A DNA stretch of 64,000 nt from Anthoceros angustus (taxonomy: Eukaryota > Plantae > Anthocerotophyta), in the NCBI GenBank assembly GCA_010909165.1, contig VJWM01000186.1, forward strand, positions 248,001 through 312,000. Direction: 5' to 3'. This document shows, piece by piece, positions 1 through 13,555 of this stretch. The position numbers and the translations under genes were made by a program. Position 1 is the first letter of the stretch. The number at the start of each line of letters is the position of its first letter. The notes below the pieces were generated by a model. The model had not been told where the DNA came from and did no database searches. It worked only from the letters and a program-made list of their open reading frames with translations.

Positions 1-3000
1 AAGCGTCTGTTGATTTTGTGAACCCTACATTTGCTACACAGACATCCCGAATGATCTTTATAACCCTTTTCCGCACACTTACGCCTGTGTCCATTATACG
101 CTCTGCTAATTTTTCGAAGTACTGCCAAAAACCGGTGCACGATGTATAGTCAACACACAGATACCAGCAGCAAAGATTGACAGCAGTCCACAACTGGAAG
201 ACTGATGCTGACTAGCTTAGACACGTACACTTAACACTTGTCGAGAGCAAAAGCACATGTAGCTACACACAAATATACTAGCATAGCATAGCTACAGACC
301 AGCACAGAGTTGCACATACATTTCCATACCTTTTCAGCAACATGAGGAAGCCGAACAATGTGCCGACCTACAAGTTCCATGGCTGCCTCACGGACTGAAA
401 TTGCTGAATCTAAGAATCTACCTTCTACTGCGAGCCGCACTCGTTCATCACCTAGCACGCCAGGGTCGACTTCGACCAGGGCACTCACCTAAAGGAAATT
501 ACAAGCCAGCATAACAAATCACTCAGGAGTTGCACAAAAGATCTGCACACACGAACTCCAGTCCTGCGTCAAGATAACACTGCTGGTTTTCACCAATATC
601 ACCAAGTCACAAAGTTCAAAGATGCGCTCAATGCAAGAACCCTGAATGCAGAGCGTGAGAGCACACACCGCTCGAAGGGCTTTGGCCCTAGGGCCTGATG
701 AGTTTTCCTGCAGGCTAGCCTGCATATCGAGAACTCACGGTTAAGACTGGCTAACTTGTGCCGGCTTCAGAGCGTTCTCAGCCTAACACCACTACTGGTT
801 TGCATAAATCTGCATGTCCCCTTACAAAGTAAACCTAACAGTGCATAGAAATTATTTGGAACAGCAAATGTGCAAATGAGGGATCAGAAGACATACCAGC
901 AACCTTTCAAGTATCCGATCATATCCTTTTGCGAGAGGCCTTTGCTGCCCTAGAACAGCCGAAAGCCGAGTAATCACATCCCTGGAAAGAGGAGCAGGTG
1001 CCACTCCAAACTCCTGACCTGGTGGCCTAGAACTGAGTCTTCTGAGATGGTAGTCAAGGGTTTCCAACCCCTGTGCTTCATCATCACGGTACCATTGACA
1101 CAAGTAGAACCTGAAAGAGAAGGTACAGTTCAGTGTTCATCTCTTGAAGTCTTGTAATAGAATTCTTGAAATGCTATGCAAGTTACCCTTCTATAGTAAA
1201 TACCGACCTGCGAGCAAAAGATGCCACAATATCACTCTCACCAGCCTCTTGCAAGTAGTTTAACACTAATTGCTGAATAATAGCCATCCCTTCTACGGAA
1301 AACCTGCCAACTACGTCCCTTTGCTCGTCAACACCCTCTACAGACTTCCCACCAACATCATGCTTCAGTTTAAAGGAACTCGTACGTGCAGCAGCACCTG
1401 AATTGCTTCCATTCCTAAAGCATACGAGTTGTTTCTTACACAGGCAGCAACAGCAAAGCCAACCACGGCCTAGCAAATCATGTCCGCCCAACCCAATACA
1501 ATCTCCATGAAAGATTCTTGTGCATTCTGCACATGACACGACAATCTTCACTCCTTTTTTTGTGCCACGACAGACTACACAACCCTGGTGTATAGAGGGG
1601 TTGTTACATATCTCCTCAGATTGCCCTGTTACTTTCTTGTCAAGAACTTCTGAAAAAATCCACAGAGTATCTTGACCACACGTGACTGCATCTTGCTTGA
1701 GGCGCGCAGCAATAAGACCAAACAGCTCAATGGCTGCTCCTCTAACATTTGCATCCTTCGACTTGAGGCCAGCGGATGAAAAAAGAAGAATGCAGAGAAT
1801 CTACACAGACAACGAGTTGGTCAGCAAGCCATATCTTTCCACAAGGTCCTGACATCTATTCTACTGGGACTAGTTAGGTGATTGCCTGGAGCATAAGGCT
1901 GGCCGCTGGAAACTCAGGGGAATTGAGGGAGGTCAGCAAGTCAACCACAATACTTTCTACAATTCCCTTCACATCAATACCATCCTGTGACCTGGGCGCT
2001 GCCCACCGTTGTAAGACAAGCTTCCAAAACTGTTTACATGTATCCATTGCAGGGTCCATACATTTGGCCGACAACATTGAGCCAGCTTCTGCGGTAAGTT
2101 CAGATTCACCATCCCTCGCAGGAAGATTCACAGAACACTGCACTAGCTGTAGCAGGAGAGCAGTTAACATCTGAACCTGTTTGGGGTCCTCATCAGGGAG
2201 TGAATATGTTCGGATTTGACGCCTTGATATAGAAACTTTCCAGAACATGGATACACATTCTTCAATGATCAAGTTGCGATGCTGAGGATAGCAGCTGAAT
2301 ATCTGCAATGCAATTGGAAAGGTCATCTGCTGCCAGTAAATGGACAAGTGGAAAAAACGATGTACGAACACTGAAGATGTAAATGTGCTCGATACAATCA
2401 TCATATCCACGTTGAGGCCGCTTGGATCATTGCTCATCATGGCCACACTCCACACAGCAGATGGAATGCATATCACAACACTCTCGCTATTGGCAGCATG
2501 GAAAAAGCAAGCACTTGGTGTAGGCAGTTGGACAACAATAGGGTGACAGAATGCTGCAGCAATGATATGGCAAGGATGAATGACAGTGACGAAGAACTCA
2601 CACTGCAAGCAACACCAATTGCCTTCAGCTGCAGAAGTTGTATATTGTCCACGCCAAAAATGGACAGTATAGTGGTTGTCAACTGGACCACACTGCTATC
2701 AGGCAACCTTGCCACTGACAGGAGATCCCTCAGCAATGCCAAGATGGTACAGAGTTTGTGCAAGACACAGGACACTGCAGTGGCGACCCTGCAAATACAA
2801 AAATTGTAATTTCAGCCAACACTTTGAGGAGACTCGCAATTCTGAGTAACAGGACAGAGGGAAGATACATCTTCATGGTAACAAATTGTGCATGCTCTTC
2901 AACAGCAAAAAAAGTGCCTGAACCAAAAGACTGCTCACACAAAACGACAATAGTGGTTACTACAGTTCCAACCATCCTCAGAAACCAATCAAAGTGTACC

Positions 3001-5177
3001 TTGGCCAAGATTTACATCCAGCTTAAAGCTCAATCCATACAAGATTACCTGACACAACAAGCACTTACTTTATACTCCCAAGTCTGAGAGCTTTTGATGA
3101 CTTCAGCTTCCGCCGCCCTTTCTTTCCAACAATCATAGCAGTATCTCCTGGATCCTCATCCATTTCCTCATTATCTTCATGGTTCAAGCAGACAGATTCC
3201 AATCAGACCTGAAAGAAAGCTGTCCACATGTCGACAGCAGCAGTGAAAAAGAGTCCAAGCTTCAGCTGTTGTTTAAGACCAGGCAGTCACCTTCATCAAC
3301 ATGTGGGCCCAAACACTTGTGAAGTTGCTTGTACATGGGATCATAAGCTGGGAAAATAGAGTGGACAATTTGGTGCCGTGTAAAGCTGATAATTTTATCA
3401 ATAATCTGTGAACAAATATTGCAGAGTCAGACAAAAAAAAAAACCTCGAAAGACGTGAAAGGCACCTTCATGTTCAAGGTTAACCTCTTCTTTGTAGACT
3501 TGCTTGGGCATGCCACAATCTGCCATTATGCTCAAACAGGCATGGACAGCTTCCAATGCAGAAAGCACTACAACTGTGTTTTCAGCGTCAACCTGCAATC
3601 AGTTGTATCCTTGATGCGATTCAGTAGAAATATGAAAAGGTACTAAAGGTCGCAACTCAGACACATACAGAGGAAATGAACTTGATGATTTCCATTCACT
3701 TGTGAAAGAGAGCACAGGCGAGGCATAGCTAGAACAGAAAGCAGCGTCACACACCTCATCTTTGAACACTCTCAATGCAAAGAAAGAAATTCAACTTACA
3801 TCACCAACATCATCTACCACCTTCTCATGGGCTCGATGTACATGGCGGTCTAGCAAGGTAAGCAGTTTGAGTAGGTATTCAACAGGTAGACACTGCAGGT
3901 CATTCTTTCCTCGTAGTTTGACCACATCTTCTACCACTCCCTTTACCTCCAAAAGTGCAAGAAACGTGCCAGCCTCTTCCCCTTCGTCATCCCCAGGGGC
4001 ATCAGTGCGCTGGAAAAGCTCATCCAACACTCCACAGAAGGCACTCACGACATCTGACAACAGAACTGATAACTGAGCACTTTAGCCTAGAATACAGGGT
4101 TCCACCAGGTTGCATCAAAGAGGCACAGTACCATATTGGCTCTCATCTGAATCTTCAAGTAGGCTCACTCCTTGCTCTGTTTCTCCATGCCTTGACTTAT
4201 CTTTCCTTGCCATCCTTTTCTTCCTCGTCACCAGAGTAGCTTGACCATCCTGCACCTTGACAAGAAGTGGCAGACAGAAGAAGAGAAACGACAGTAAGCT
4301 CTTCCACGGTGAGAAGACAGCTTAGGCCCACAAGCGCCTTCTCATCCGCTGCGGTTCATATCTTTTGATATGATTCCAGTATGATATATTTTCTGCCAGA
4401 TTTCTTTACCGCTAAAGTTCTAAAGTGACAGACAAGTAGGCTTACCAAAGGAGCTCCACCACACAATTGCATTGCCGCAAGCTGAGCAACCTGTGGAGCG
4501 CCCCCTCCATGGCTTCTAGTCACGAAAACACTCGGTTGATTTTTCTCCTTCTTTCCAGCAGCAGAGATCCGTGACCCCTTCCGATTGATTGGTCCTGAGA
4601 ACAGCTGCCATTCAATGCCTGAGGAGAAAGGACTGGGATACAAATGGAATGCTGAGTGGTGAATTGTTGTCATTAGAGATTGAAATAGAACCTGGTGTAG
4701 CATAGCTGAATGCTTCGGGGTCGATTCTCAGCACTTCATCCTCGAGATTGTCCCCAACTCCTTGTCCTGAGCTGGTCGGGTTATGGGAGCCATCTCGCAG
4801 GCATCTGGCACCGGATTCTTTATGTATCTCAATCCCGCACCTAAAACATGCAACTTATATAAACTACTTGCAGATGTAAACATCCTGACGAGGTTGACTT
4901 ACAAGTAGCCAATATCGGTGCCTCTTAGTAGCTCCACGATTTTCCAGCTTTGTGCCATAAGGAGTGCGTCTTCTAAAGCCTTAAGCGGAAGTGTAGGGAC
5001 ATCGTCGTCGCGAAGATGTAGCTCGGAAATTCTGGCACCGTAGTTGATGGGAAGAGAAGGGAGGGGCAAGCAGTTCACGAGTTCTGTATGATGAGAGTTA
5101 GTCAACCTGTGTGAATTCATGATTCCGCCGAAGCCTATTGCCTCCTCTTCGTCCCGGATGCTGTTACCCCTGGTCAT
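1..5177 (-). CDS. SCC2: Cohesin loader SCC2/Nipped-B-like, multi-exon, 5' part (runs off window start)
   Basis: N-terminus ...[12 protein letters not shown] and [17 protein letters not shown], then HEAT-region motifs [63 protein letters not shown] (exon 121-1). GT-AG introns readable, e.g. exon1 5177-4903, exon2 4840-4692. Exon boundaries around 4100-4450 were not resolved. Confidence 0.95.
1207..1800 (-). CDS. SCC2: SCC2 exon containing PHD zinc finger
   Basis: CVVCRG...[16 protein letters not shown]...WLCCCCLC matches the C4HC3 PHD finger known in plant SCC2. Confidence 0.85.
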
Positions 5178-5512
5178 GTAATTCGCGCACAGTCAGTTTC
5201 CAGGTTTGCATTGCCCCGGTGCTTCACATATGAGCTTCAGTCGGCGGCGGTTCCGAGTATTTACTGCCTCCTGACGCTTTCGACTCCGAACACCCTCACC
5301 GAACCACCTGTATCCTGCAGGAACGTCTTTTGCCAGAAAAACCCATACGCATCCGAGCTGGAGACGCGAAGGAGAAGCGGCCAGGGTTTTATATACTCGC
5401 TACTCCAGTTATTAAAGAAATAAATGAACCATCATACTGCTTTAATTGAATAGAAGGAGGCGAGAAAAACCATCTTAGCACCCTAACGCATACGTTGCTG
5501 GACATAAATAAA

Positions 5513-5533
5513 GTTGTTGTTGTTGTTGTTGTT
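5513..5533. repeat. (GTT)7 microsatellite upstream of SCC2
   Basis: Seven perfect GTT units read directly. Confidence 0.95.
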
Positions 5534-5914
5534 GCTGGTATCCAACCAAAACTCTAAGGGTTAGGAACGACAGCATTTTTCACCATTATATGTGCTCCGA
5601 AAAGGAAGAAGAAAGAAGAACTCACTTAAATGGAATTTTTCTATCATGGGACTTGGTACTGAACAATTTGTACTATGGTGTGCCAAAGCTACTAGTATCA
5701 AGGGCATCCATTCTCTAAGCACCCCATTTAAGTATTGATCCAAATGCATGATGCTTAATAGTCACGTTCTTACAAATGTGTGTGCATTTGTACTGAAGCG
5801 CATGATGCTAACAACCATGTATTCGTATTCATAAAGGAATTGTGAAAGGCATATAAATCATAGCAATTCGTGTATGATGTGTATATCAATTTTCACATAA
5901 GTCCATACAGATTT

Positions 5915-7740
5915 TATATAAAAAGAGATGATTTATTGAGGTGAAAGAACGATGGAAAGAGACCATCTAGGAAGGGACAACAAATGGGGACCCGGGGGTC
6001 GGAGCGAAGAGGAGCAACTGAGCTCCCTACCTAAAGTGACCAACTGCACCCCATAATGTCATATGCAGGTAGAATAAACGGCCTGCAAACCACAGAGGAA
6101 GAGGAAGAGGCATCACCCATCGCCGCCTTATGGAGAATCGCCGTGAGAGCTCATGAAGAGCAATAGAAACCAGCCGGAGTATCTTGTGAAGTACGAGAGG
6201 GACATGCACTATGCCTCATACAAGACAGAAAGCTTTTGCACAAGACTTGATGAATTTGTCAAAACCCTCACCATTGCCCCATACGTTTCTAGAGCAAGCG
6301 GGAGAATATCTCAAAGGCCTCCTTGACTTTGTCCCCAGGCCCGAGGATGTGAGAATCGCCGCCAACATGGAAGACACACACATGGAGAGGCGGCCCTAGG
6401 CAGGGCCCTATGGTGAGCAATAGCGAAGAGAGCACCGCCTAGCGGGTCGCCACCCGTGGCCATTCCAAGACTGGAGACTGCCAAACCTCAAGAGACGTTC
6501 TTGTCTTGGTAGTAGAGGTTGGAGGACCTCCGCAGGCCCGGACAAAGGGTATTAGACTCCCTAGGACGCCGCCAGCATCCCTAAGCTCCTCAAAGATGAC
6601 ACAGGAAATGGTATTGAAGGCGTTCTCGACATCCACCTGTAAGACTACCCAATCCGGGTGGGTATCAAGGCAAGCTTTCACCCCTAGCACCATGCATCGA
6701 GCCCCCTGAGTGGCAATGCCAAATTGAACAAGTGTCACCGGAGAAGGAGCGACTGGGGAGCGATAGTGCGGGCCGAAAGTAGCCGCATGAAGGCCTCCCA
6801 ACTCTAGTGGGCGACGCCTGAAGTTAGTGCTTGTCCATAGCGACAAGCTTCACTAGCAAGAACAAACAACCGGAGGCATCTCTCTCCACGAGCCACCCAG
6901 GAGAAAAGAGCTCCTGGAAAGCCGCTAGATGGATCTTGAGGAGAAAGAGGTCCCTAAGGTGTTCGAACACCATTCTCGACAAACCGCGATGAAAGACGAG
7001 GGGTTGTGAGAGAGCTGCAGCAAAGCCGCCGGTCCAGTGGAGAAGGATCCTCCGACACCGCCTCATCGAGGTCTCTTCCGGTGGCTTTCTTGGGAGTTGG
7101 GCCCTCTGCCGCCTTGGCTTCCGTTTCATCCTCCATGACAAGCCCTTTCTCGAGGATCTCGTATCAAGTGTGGAGGAGGAACCTTCTCTCTCAATCGTCC
7201 TTGAGGCGGGCGGAGACATGTTATCGCAGATGCTCTAAGGACTTCCTCCTTTCTCTACATTTATCGCGATGGCTTTAGGGGATTGCGAGCATCTCCACGG
7301 AAGGGCACCACCACTCTCCAGGACCCCTCCATCTCCTGTGTCCACTAGGCGGCCGCTCTTGTTACGAGAAGGAGCAAGCTGCTAGCCCGCCAATGCATCT
7401 GGGATTTCACATCGCACCAACCACCTTCACTCTGATGCGATCGCTCCTGTCTGGCCTACTGTGACCACTCCCAAGATAGGTACTACAGGAAGGAACACAA
7501 CTCTCCACGGAAGGAGCACCACTCTCCATGGAAGGAACACCACCACTCTCCAGAGGAAGGAACATCTATCTCCACAGGAAGGAGCACCACCACTCTCCAC
7601 AGGAAGGAGCACCACCACTCTCCACAGGAAGGAGCACCACCACTCTCCACAGGAAGGAGCACCACCACTCTGTGCAAAAACGGATGTCCTACTGTAAGAA
7701 TTGCATATAAGGAACAATACCTCAAGGGTACGTGTCAAAT
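5915..7740 (-). mobile_element. Internally deleted CRE-like (restriction-like endonuclease) non-LTR retrotransposon
   Basis: RT motifs QFGIAT..LDTHPDWVVLQVDVENAFNTIS and GDPLGGALFAIAH (~6410-6730); C-terminal VSIALH.ALTAILHKA tail (~6120-6180) resembling RLE-type ORF ends; AATAAA near 5931-5937. Boundaries approximate, no TSD found. Confidence 0.7.
7486..7670. repeat. 25-bp tandem repeat (AGGAAGGAGCACCACCACTCTCCAC), ~8 units
   Basis: Perfect units at 7576, 7601, 7626, partial at 7651; four degenerate units from 7486; a dispersed copy near 7293-7320. No spacers. Confidence 0.92.
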
Positions 7741-8185
7741 AAAATGTACATATATATTTACATAACAACAAGTATATACATTTAGAGATAACAACAAGTA
7801 TATGCATTTAGCATGACAAACAAAATAGAACGACACTTGTACCTTCATGAGTATTTTACAAGTTCTTTTTAGGACTCAAAACCAAATGGGTGCAAAGACT
7901 CTACAAGGAATGACATAAATTATAAGCAGCAGGGATGTGATTTTCATGCCCTCTTTTCATGGCGGAGTGCATGGACCCTATCTACATGCTTTCTATATTA
8001 TTTTACATATGACATAGGGTATTAAAATATATATGACTTTTATTGGACGTACTCCATTTTTTATAATAAAATATCTAATTTTAAACTAAATTAAATTAAT
8101 ATCCATATAAGATTGGTATGAAGGACATAAAATTTAATGATATAATTATTTTTATTATTTTTACATAGATACATTAGAGATTCCA

Positions 8186-8250
8186 TATATATTGAATTAA
8201 TAACTACGTAGACAATGCACCTATATATTGAATTAATAACTACGTAGACA
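8186..8250. repeat. 29-bp direct repeat (TATATATTGAATTAATAACTACGTAGACA x2)
   Basis: Copies at 8186-8214 and 8222-8250, separated by 7 bp. Confidence 0.9.
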
Positions 8251-8439
8251 GTGAATGAGATTTATAGAAGAAGAAGAAGAATTTTATTTAAGTCCACTAA
8301 GGACAAATTTCCATCTTGAGACTGAAATATGATAACTACATAGATTGTGGTGAAATAGTCTGGACAAATGTAAAGGTAAAATTTAAATAAGATAAATAAT
8401 CTTCAATCAATCAACAATGTCAATGAAATTGCATGAACG

Positions 8440-8712
8440 AGGGCCCGAACACTACCAATTCATCCCCACGAAAGAAAGCCACTTAACTTGCAGCACGAGC
8501 TGCTCGGAAAGCGGGTAACTTCTCCTTCTTAGTCTTCCATTGCAATTGTGTAAGATCCTCATTGATATATAACTGAGTTGTCTGTAACATAGACCTAGCC
8601 TTCATAACCTGGAAACGATCATCCATAGAGTGAAAAGTCATAATCAATATGCGCTCCCTACCAGGATTCTTTCCAAGCCAGAAGGCTCGAGGAACGACCA
8701 CATCGACCTCTA
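8440..8712 (-). pseudogene. L1/LINE ORF1p-like RNA-binding protein, 3' half (split by Copia-1)
   Basis: RAFWLGK..RILIMTF..RFQVMKARSMLQTTQLYINEDLT, followed after a frameshift by KVAFFRGDELVV; this pattern fits LINE ORF1 RRM/CTD. Confidence 0.7.
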
Positions 8713-9009
8713 TGTAAGGGTATTAAAGCCCAATATACTTAGACTAATACACTTAGTCTAAGTTAGGTGTCAGTTAAGTATCATTAGCTTAGCTTAAGCT
8801 AATCACTAGGAAGCTTCTTGTGCTCCTTCCTAGGAGCTTCTTGTGGAGCTTCCTAGGAGCCTATTGGAGGTATAAATACCCTCAAGCCTCATCTCAATGT
8901 GAGAGCTACTCTTGCCTCCTCCTCTCCTCTCCTCTTTCCACCGGCATGCCCCCGATCCTTCAAGCGGTATCGAGCCATGGTTTGGTTGTGTTGTGATGCT
9001 AGAATTTTC

Positions 9010-9660
9010 TAGCGGGGCGGCAGCTCGTGGGTGCATGTGATCGGATCGCGAGGCTGCGAGCGCGGCCGCGGGATGAGGCCGTGGCGAGGCAAGCGCGACC
9101 GCGCGGCGCGGCCTTGGCGCGGCCGGCGGCGCGGCGTGGCCGGCGCGAGGCCGTGAGCCGCGGCGCGCGGCGCGCGGGCCTTGGCCGGCCGGCAGCGCGG
9201 CCGCCGCGCCCAGGCCTTGGCGCCGCGCCGCCGCGCGCTGGCGCCAGCCGCGCGCCGCGCAGCCTTGCGCGGCGCGCGCGAGCGCGGCGCGGCGTGGCCG
9301 CGCCCGGCCGCCCCAGCAGCGCCGCGCGCCCGGCCAGCAGCCGCAGCGCGCAGCGCCCGCCAGCGCGGCGCGCGAGCCCGCCAGGCGCGCCCGCAGCGGC
9401 GCCGCGGCCGCGGCCGCCCCTTGGCCAGCGCCCGCGGCGCGGCGCCGCGGCCTTGAGCGCGCGCCCGCGGCCTTGGCCGAGCCGCCGCAGCGCGCGGCCG
9501 CGGCCAGCGCGGCCGCGGCGGCGCGGCGGCGCGCGCGAGCGCGCGGCCGCGGCGGCGCGGCCGCGGCGCGCGCCGCGGCGGCGCGCGCGCGCGGCCGCGG
9601 CGCGCCGCGCGGCCTTGGCGCGGCCGGCGGCGCGCGGCGCGGCCAGCAGCGGCGGTGGCG
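9010..9660. repeat. Almost pure G/C low-complexity tract in the Copia-1 leader
   Basis: ~650 bp of GCGGCCGCGC-type motifs with recurring GGCCTTGGC, between PBS and gag ATG. Confidence 0.9.
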
Positions 9661-9786
9661 AAATCGTCGAGCGATTGACGGATTACTCGGTGGAGCGATC
9701 AGCGACAACCGGACCGTCGGTGGCTTTCTTCTTTGACTTTTCTAACAAGGCGAGTTGAGTGTTTAATCAGTATCGATTTTTGAGTC

Positions 9787-12700
9787 ATGATGTCTTCATC
9801 ATCGAGCGTCATGTTCAATATCGAGAAGTTAGATGGTACTAACTTCCGTTGGAAAGAACAAGTGTATAATGTTCTAGTGCGAGCGGATCAAGCCCATAAA
9901 GTTGTTAGGCGTCAAACCGGATAGTATGACTCGGGATGAGTGGCGGGACTGGATGAGCTTGCTAGATCTACTATCATGCTAACATTGTCAAAAGCAGTGT
10001 ACTTCAATGTGAAAGATAAGACCACGAGTTACTTGTGGCGGCATGTGACTGTATGAGAAGCAAAGTGCGGCTTCTCGGTGTATTGGTTGAAAGCGGTGGT
10101 GGACTTGAAGATGAAGGAAGGGACGAGGATGTCCGATCATCGAATGATTTCAATACCATTTTCAGCCATCTCATCTCAAGGTATCACGTTCCCAGTTAGT
10201 GAGAGCTATGTTTCATTGGTCACATTACGGAGAGTTGGGATACCTTTAAATGCGACTCGAGTAACGCCCTAGTGGTCTTACCATTGTAAATGTAGAAGGT
10301 AGCACATTGGCGAGGTGAGCAGGAAAAACATGGAACCTTCCAAAGGTTCCGGTGCCCTCATAGTGAGAGGGAGGTCCAGCTGCGAAGGGAAGCAAAGACG
10401 GAAGCTTCTCTCGTAGCAAATCTCGTAGTCGTAACAAGAATGTGGAGTGTCACTATTGTCACAAAAAGGTCACTTCAAAGAGAGTGCGAGAAGTTCAAAA
10501 GGACCAAGGAAAAGAAGCGGGGGCGACAAGGCGACTTAAATGCATCGAGTTGGAAGAGTTAAACTGTTGAGGACGGAGATGTCCTTATCTCTTCTTACTT
10601 GAATCTTGCTGATGCGTGGTGGATAGTCATTTATTACGCAATTGGATAATGATTGACGGTGCATCTTTCCATGTTACTCCATAGAGAGTGGTTTAACGTA
10701 TGATGCTACAAGGAAAGGATGCGTTAGGCTTGGAAATAACTATGCATGCGGATCGCGGCGTGGGTGATGTGCAACTCAAGTTTGACAACGGATCTTCATT
10801 CATCTTTGAAGGGCGTTAGGCATGTTCGAAGTTGACAAAGAGCATGATTAGCGCGGGGCGGTTGGATGATCTGGTTACCACTTCTTGGTTTGGGGATCAC
10901 TCTTGGAAGATCTCCAAAGGTTCTCTTGTGTTAGCTCGTGGATCGAGTGTGGCACTTTGTACTCACTTGTAAACACCTGTCAAAGATCATGTGATCGTGT
11001 GAGCGACCAAATGTTTCCTTGTGGCATTGCGGTTAGGACATATGTCTCGAGAAGGGAATGAAGGTTTTATCTCGTTACGGTTATATCCATTCTTAACTTC
11101 TCGATCTCTCGATGTGTGAGCCTTTGTTTATATGGGAAGCAGACAAAATCATCACATCGAACACGAGGTAAAAGTAGAAGTAAACCTCTTGAGTTGGTTC
11201 ACGATGATGTATGTGGACCTATGCCTCTTCATCATTAGGCGGTGCCTCTTATTTTGTCACTTTCATAGATGATTTCTCACGCAAGGTGTGGGTTTATCCT
11301 TTGAGGAAAAAGGATGAAGTTCGGCGGTGTTTGAAATTTGTCACCCTTGTAGAGAATCGATCGCCACCGATTGAAGTGTCTAAGGGGCGATAATGGTGGC
11401 GAGTATGTTTCAGCTTTCGGTCATTCTGTGATTCCAAGGGAATCAAAGAGAATTGATCATACCGATACTCCTCCACAAAATGGTGTGGCGGATGAAACAG
11501 AACCATTCGAGGAGAGGATCGTGGTTGTTGTCAAACTCGGATTGCCTAATGGGTTTTGGGCGAGCGATGTCTCTGCGGTTCATCTTATTAATGATCTCCT
11601 AATAAAATTGATGAGCGAGTTCGAGGAGCTATAGTGCGGAAAGAAACCATCCTACAAGCATCTGCAGTGTTTGGTACATGAGGCATCTTGCCATGTTCCA
11701 AAAGAGTTTCGGGACAAGTTGGCACCTAAGTCCAAGAAATGTATTTTTCTTGGCTATGGTGATCTGGTGAGATGGGATACCGTTTGTGGGATCCGAGGCT
11801 AGAAAGGTTGTTCGTACTAACGTGTTCTTCAATGAGAACAAGATGCAGGAAGCCTACTCCAAGCGTGGAGGTGCGAAGGGTGATCTTCCAAGAAGATGGA
11901 CATGATCATCATGGGTTGATAGTGGTAATGTGCGGAGCACATTCCTCCACCGATAGATGAACCAAGAGTCGAACAAGCTCCTATAGAGGTGCACGCGTAG
12001 GTCGAGGCGGGATTACACGACCTCACGGCGGTATGATCCATCTGGATTATGTTATCTTGACAGATTGTGGGAACCCTCTTCTTACAAAGAGGCTCATCCG
12101 AGTAACAAAGACAAGTGGGAGAAGGCCATGCGATCGAAATGAATTATGCATAAGAACCAAACTTGGGAGTTGGTTGGTTGCCTAAGGATAAGAAGGCACT
12201 CTGCAAATGGGTGTACAAGATGAAGGTCATACCTTGATGGCAAACCAAAGTACAAGGCCCATTGGTTGCTAAGGGTTTCAAGCAACAACAGGCATTGACT
12301 TTGATGAGATTTTCTCACCGAGTCAAAATGACAACTTTGCGATGTGTTCTTGCTTTGGTTGCCGAGGATGATATGGAACTTATGCGGATGGATGTCAAGG
12401 CGGCATTCTTGCATGGTGACCTTCAAGAGGGCGTCTACATGCCCGAAGGTTTTGTTGAGAAGGGCAAAGAGCATCGGTGTGCGGGTTGAGGAAGAGCCTT
12501 TATGGTTTGAAACAGGCACCCAGTGGTATCACAAGTTCCACTCATTTATGCTTTCTCAAGGCTACAAAGCGTAGCGATGAGGATCATTGCCTCTATCTGA
12601 AGCAAGCTAAGGATCAAAGCTTGCTCATTTTGATCCTCTATGTGGATGATATGCTAATTCTTTGGGAGCGATCTTGATGAGATTTGTTGAAGTCAAAGTT

Positions 12701-13555
12701 GAATGCTCACTTTGAAATGACAGACTTGGGAGGCGAGCCATATACTTGGCATGCGTCGTCGGAGCAGACATAAGCGTCGCTTTATTTGTCTCGACGGAAT
12801 ACATTAACGAGGTGCTTCAACGTTTCAACATGGAGAAGGGAAGCCATTGGGTACTCCATTGCCTCCATATGTGAAACTTTCAAGCGGATTGCCCAAGCTC
12901 GAGGAGGACAAAGCTGAAATGGAGAAGGTCCCATACTCATCAGTAGGGAGTTTGATGTATGCAATGATTGCTACGTCCGACATTGCCTTTGCGGTGGGAG
13001 TGGTTAGCGAGTTTATGTCAAACCACGGCAAGAAGCATTGGGAGGCGATAAAAGGAGTTATGAGGTATCCGAATGGTACAAAAGCTTTGTGCATATGTTT
13101 TGGTAGTGAAGATGCATGTGTGGTTGGGTACAGATGTGATTATCAGGATATGGACAAAAGGAGGTCCACATCGAGTTATGTCTTCACGTGCCTTTGGAGG
13201 CGATCTCATGGCGATCTCGTTTGCGATCGTGCATTCGCTATCTACCACGAGGCCGAGTATGTTGCGAAAGCGAGGCTTGCAAGGAAGCCATATGGCTTGC
13301 TCGTTTAGTGGGAGACTTGGGGATCAAGGTTGTTGCCGGTGTTGCATTGTGATAGCAGTGCTATCCAATTGGCAAAGAATCCGATGTTTCATGCGAAGAC
13401 TAAACATGTGGATGTGAAGTATCACTTCATTCGAGAGGTGTTGGACGACAAGAGGGTACAACTTGTCAAGGTTCACACCGGAACCTGAGATATTCTTACC
13501 AAGGGACTCTCTACAGACAATTTGCACAAGCTCGGACAACGATGGGCATGAGATA
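9787..13555 (+). pseudogene. Copia-1 gag-pol (frameshifted as assembled)
   Basis: IEKLDGTNF (gag), CHYCHKKGH knuckle, SLGGASYFVTFIDDFSRKVWVY (IN), MDVKAAFLHGDL and LYVDDML (RT), NPMFHAKTKHVDVKYHF (RH). Confidence 0.92.

Noticed and set aside
1878-4239. Plus-strand ORFs overlapping SCC2
   Set aside because: Antisense shadows of SCC2 exons with no recognisable motifs.
5513-5533. (GTT)7 as the tail or target of the CRE-like element
   Set aside because: It lies ~400 bp beyond the apparent poly(A) signal, and no matching repeat or TSD is seen at the other end.
7486-7670. CRISPR-like array
   Set aside because: Units are head-to-tail with no unique spacers, there are no cas genes, and the context is eukaryotic.
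7763-7811. Short two-copy repeat (TAACAACAAGTATAT.CATTTAG)
   Set aside because: Looks like a local slippage duplication in AT-rich DNA with no further structure.
8830-9758. 292-aa and 243-aa Ala/Arg/Pro ORFs
   Set aside because: They arise from a stop-free GC tract in the Copia-1 leader and are open in several frames on both strands.
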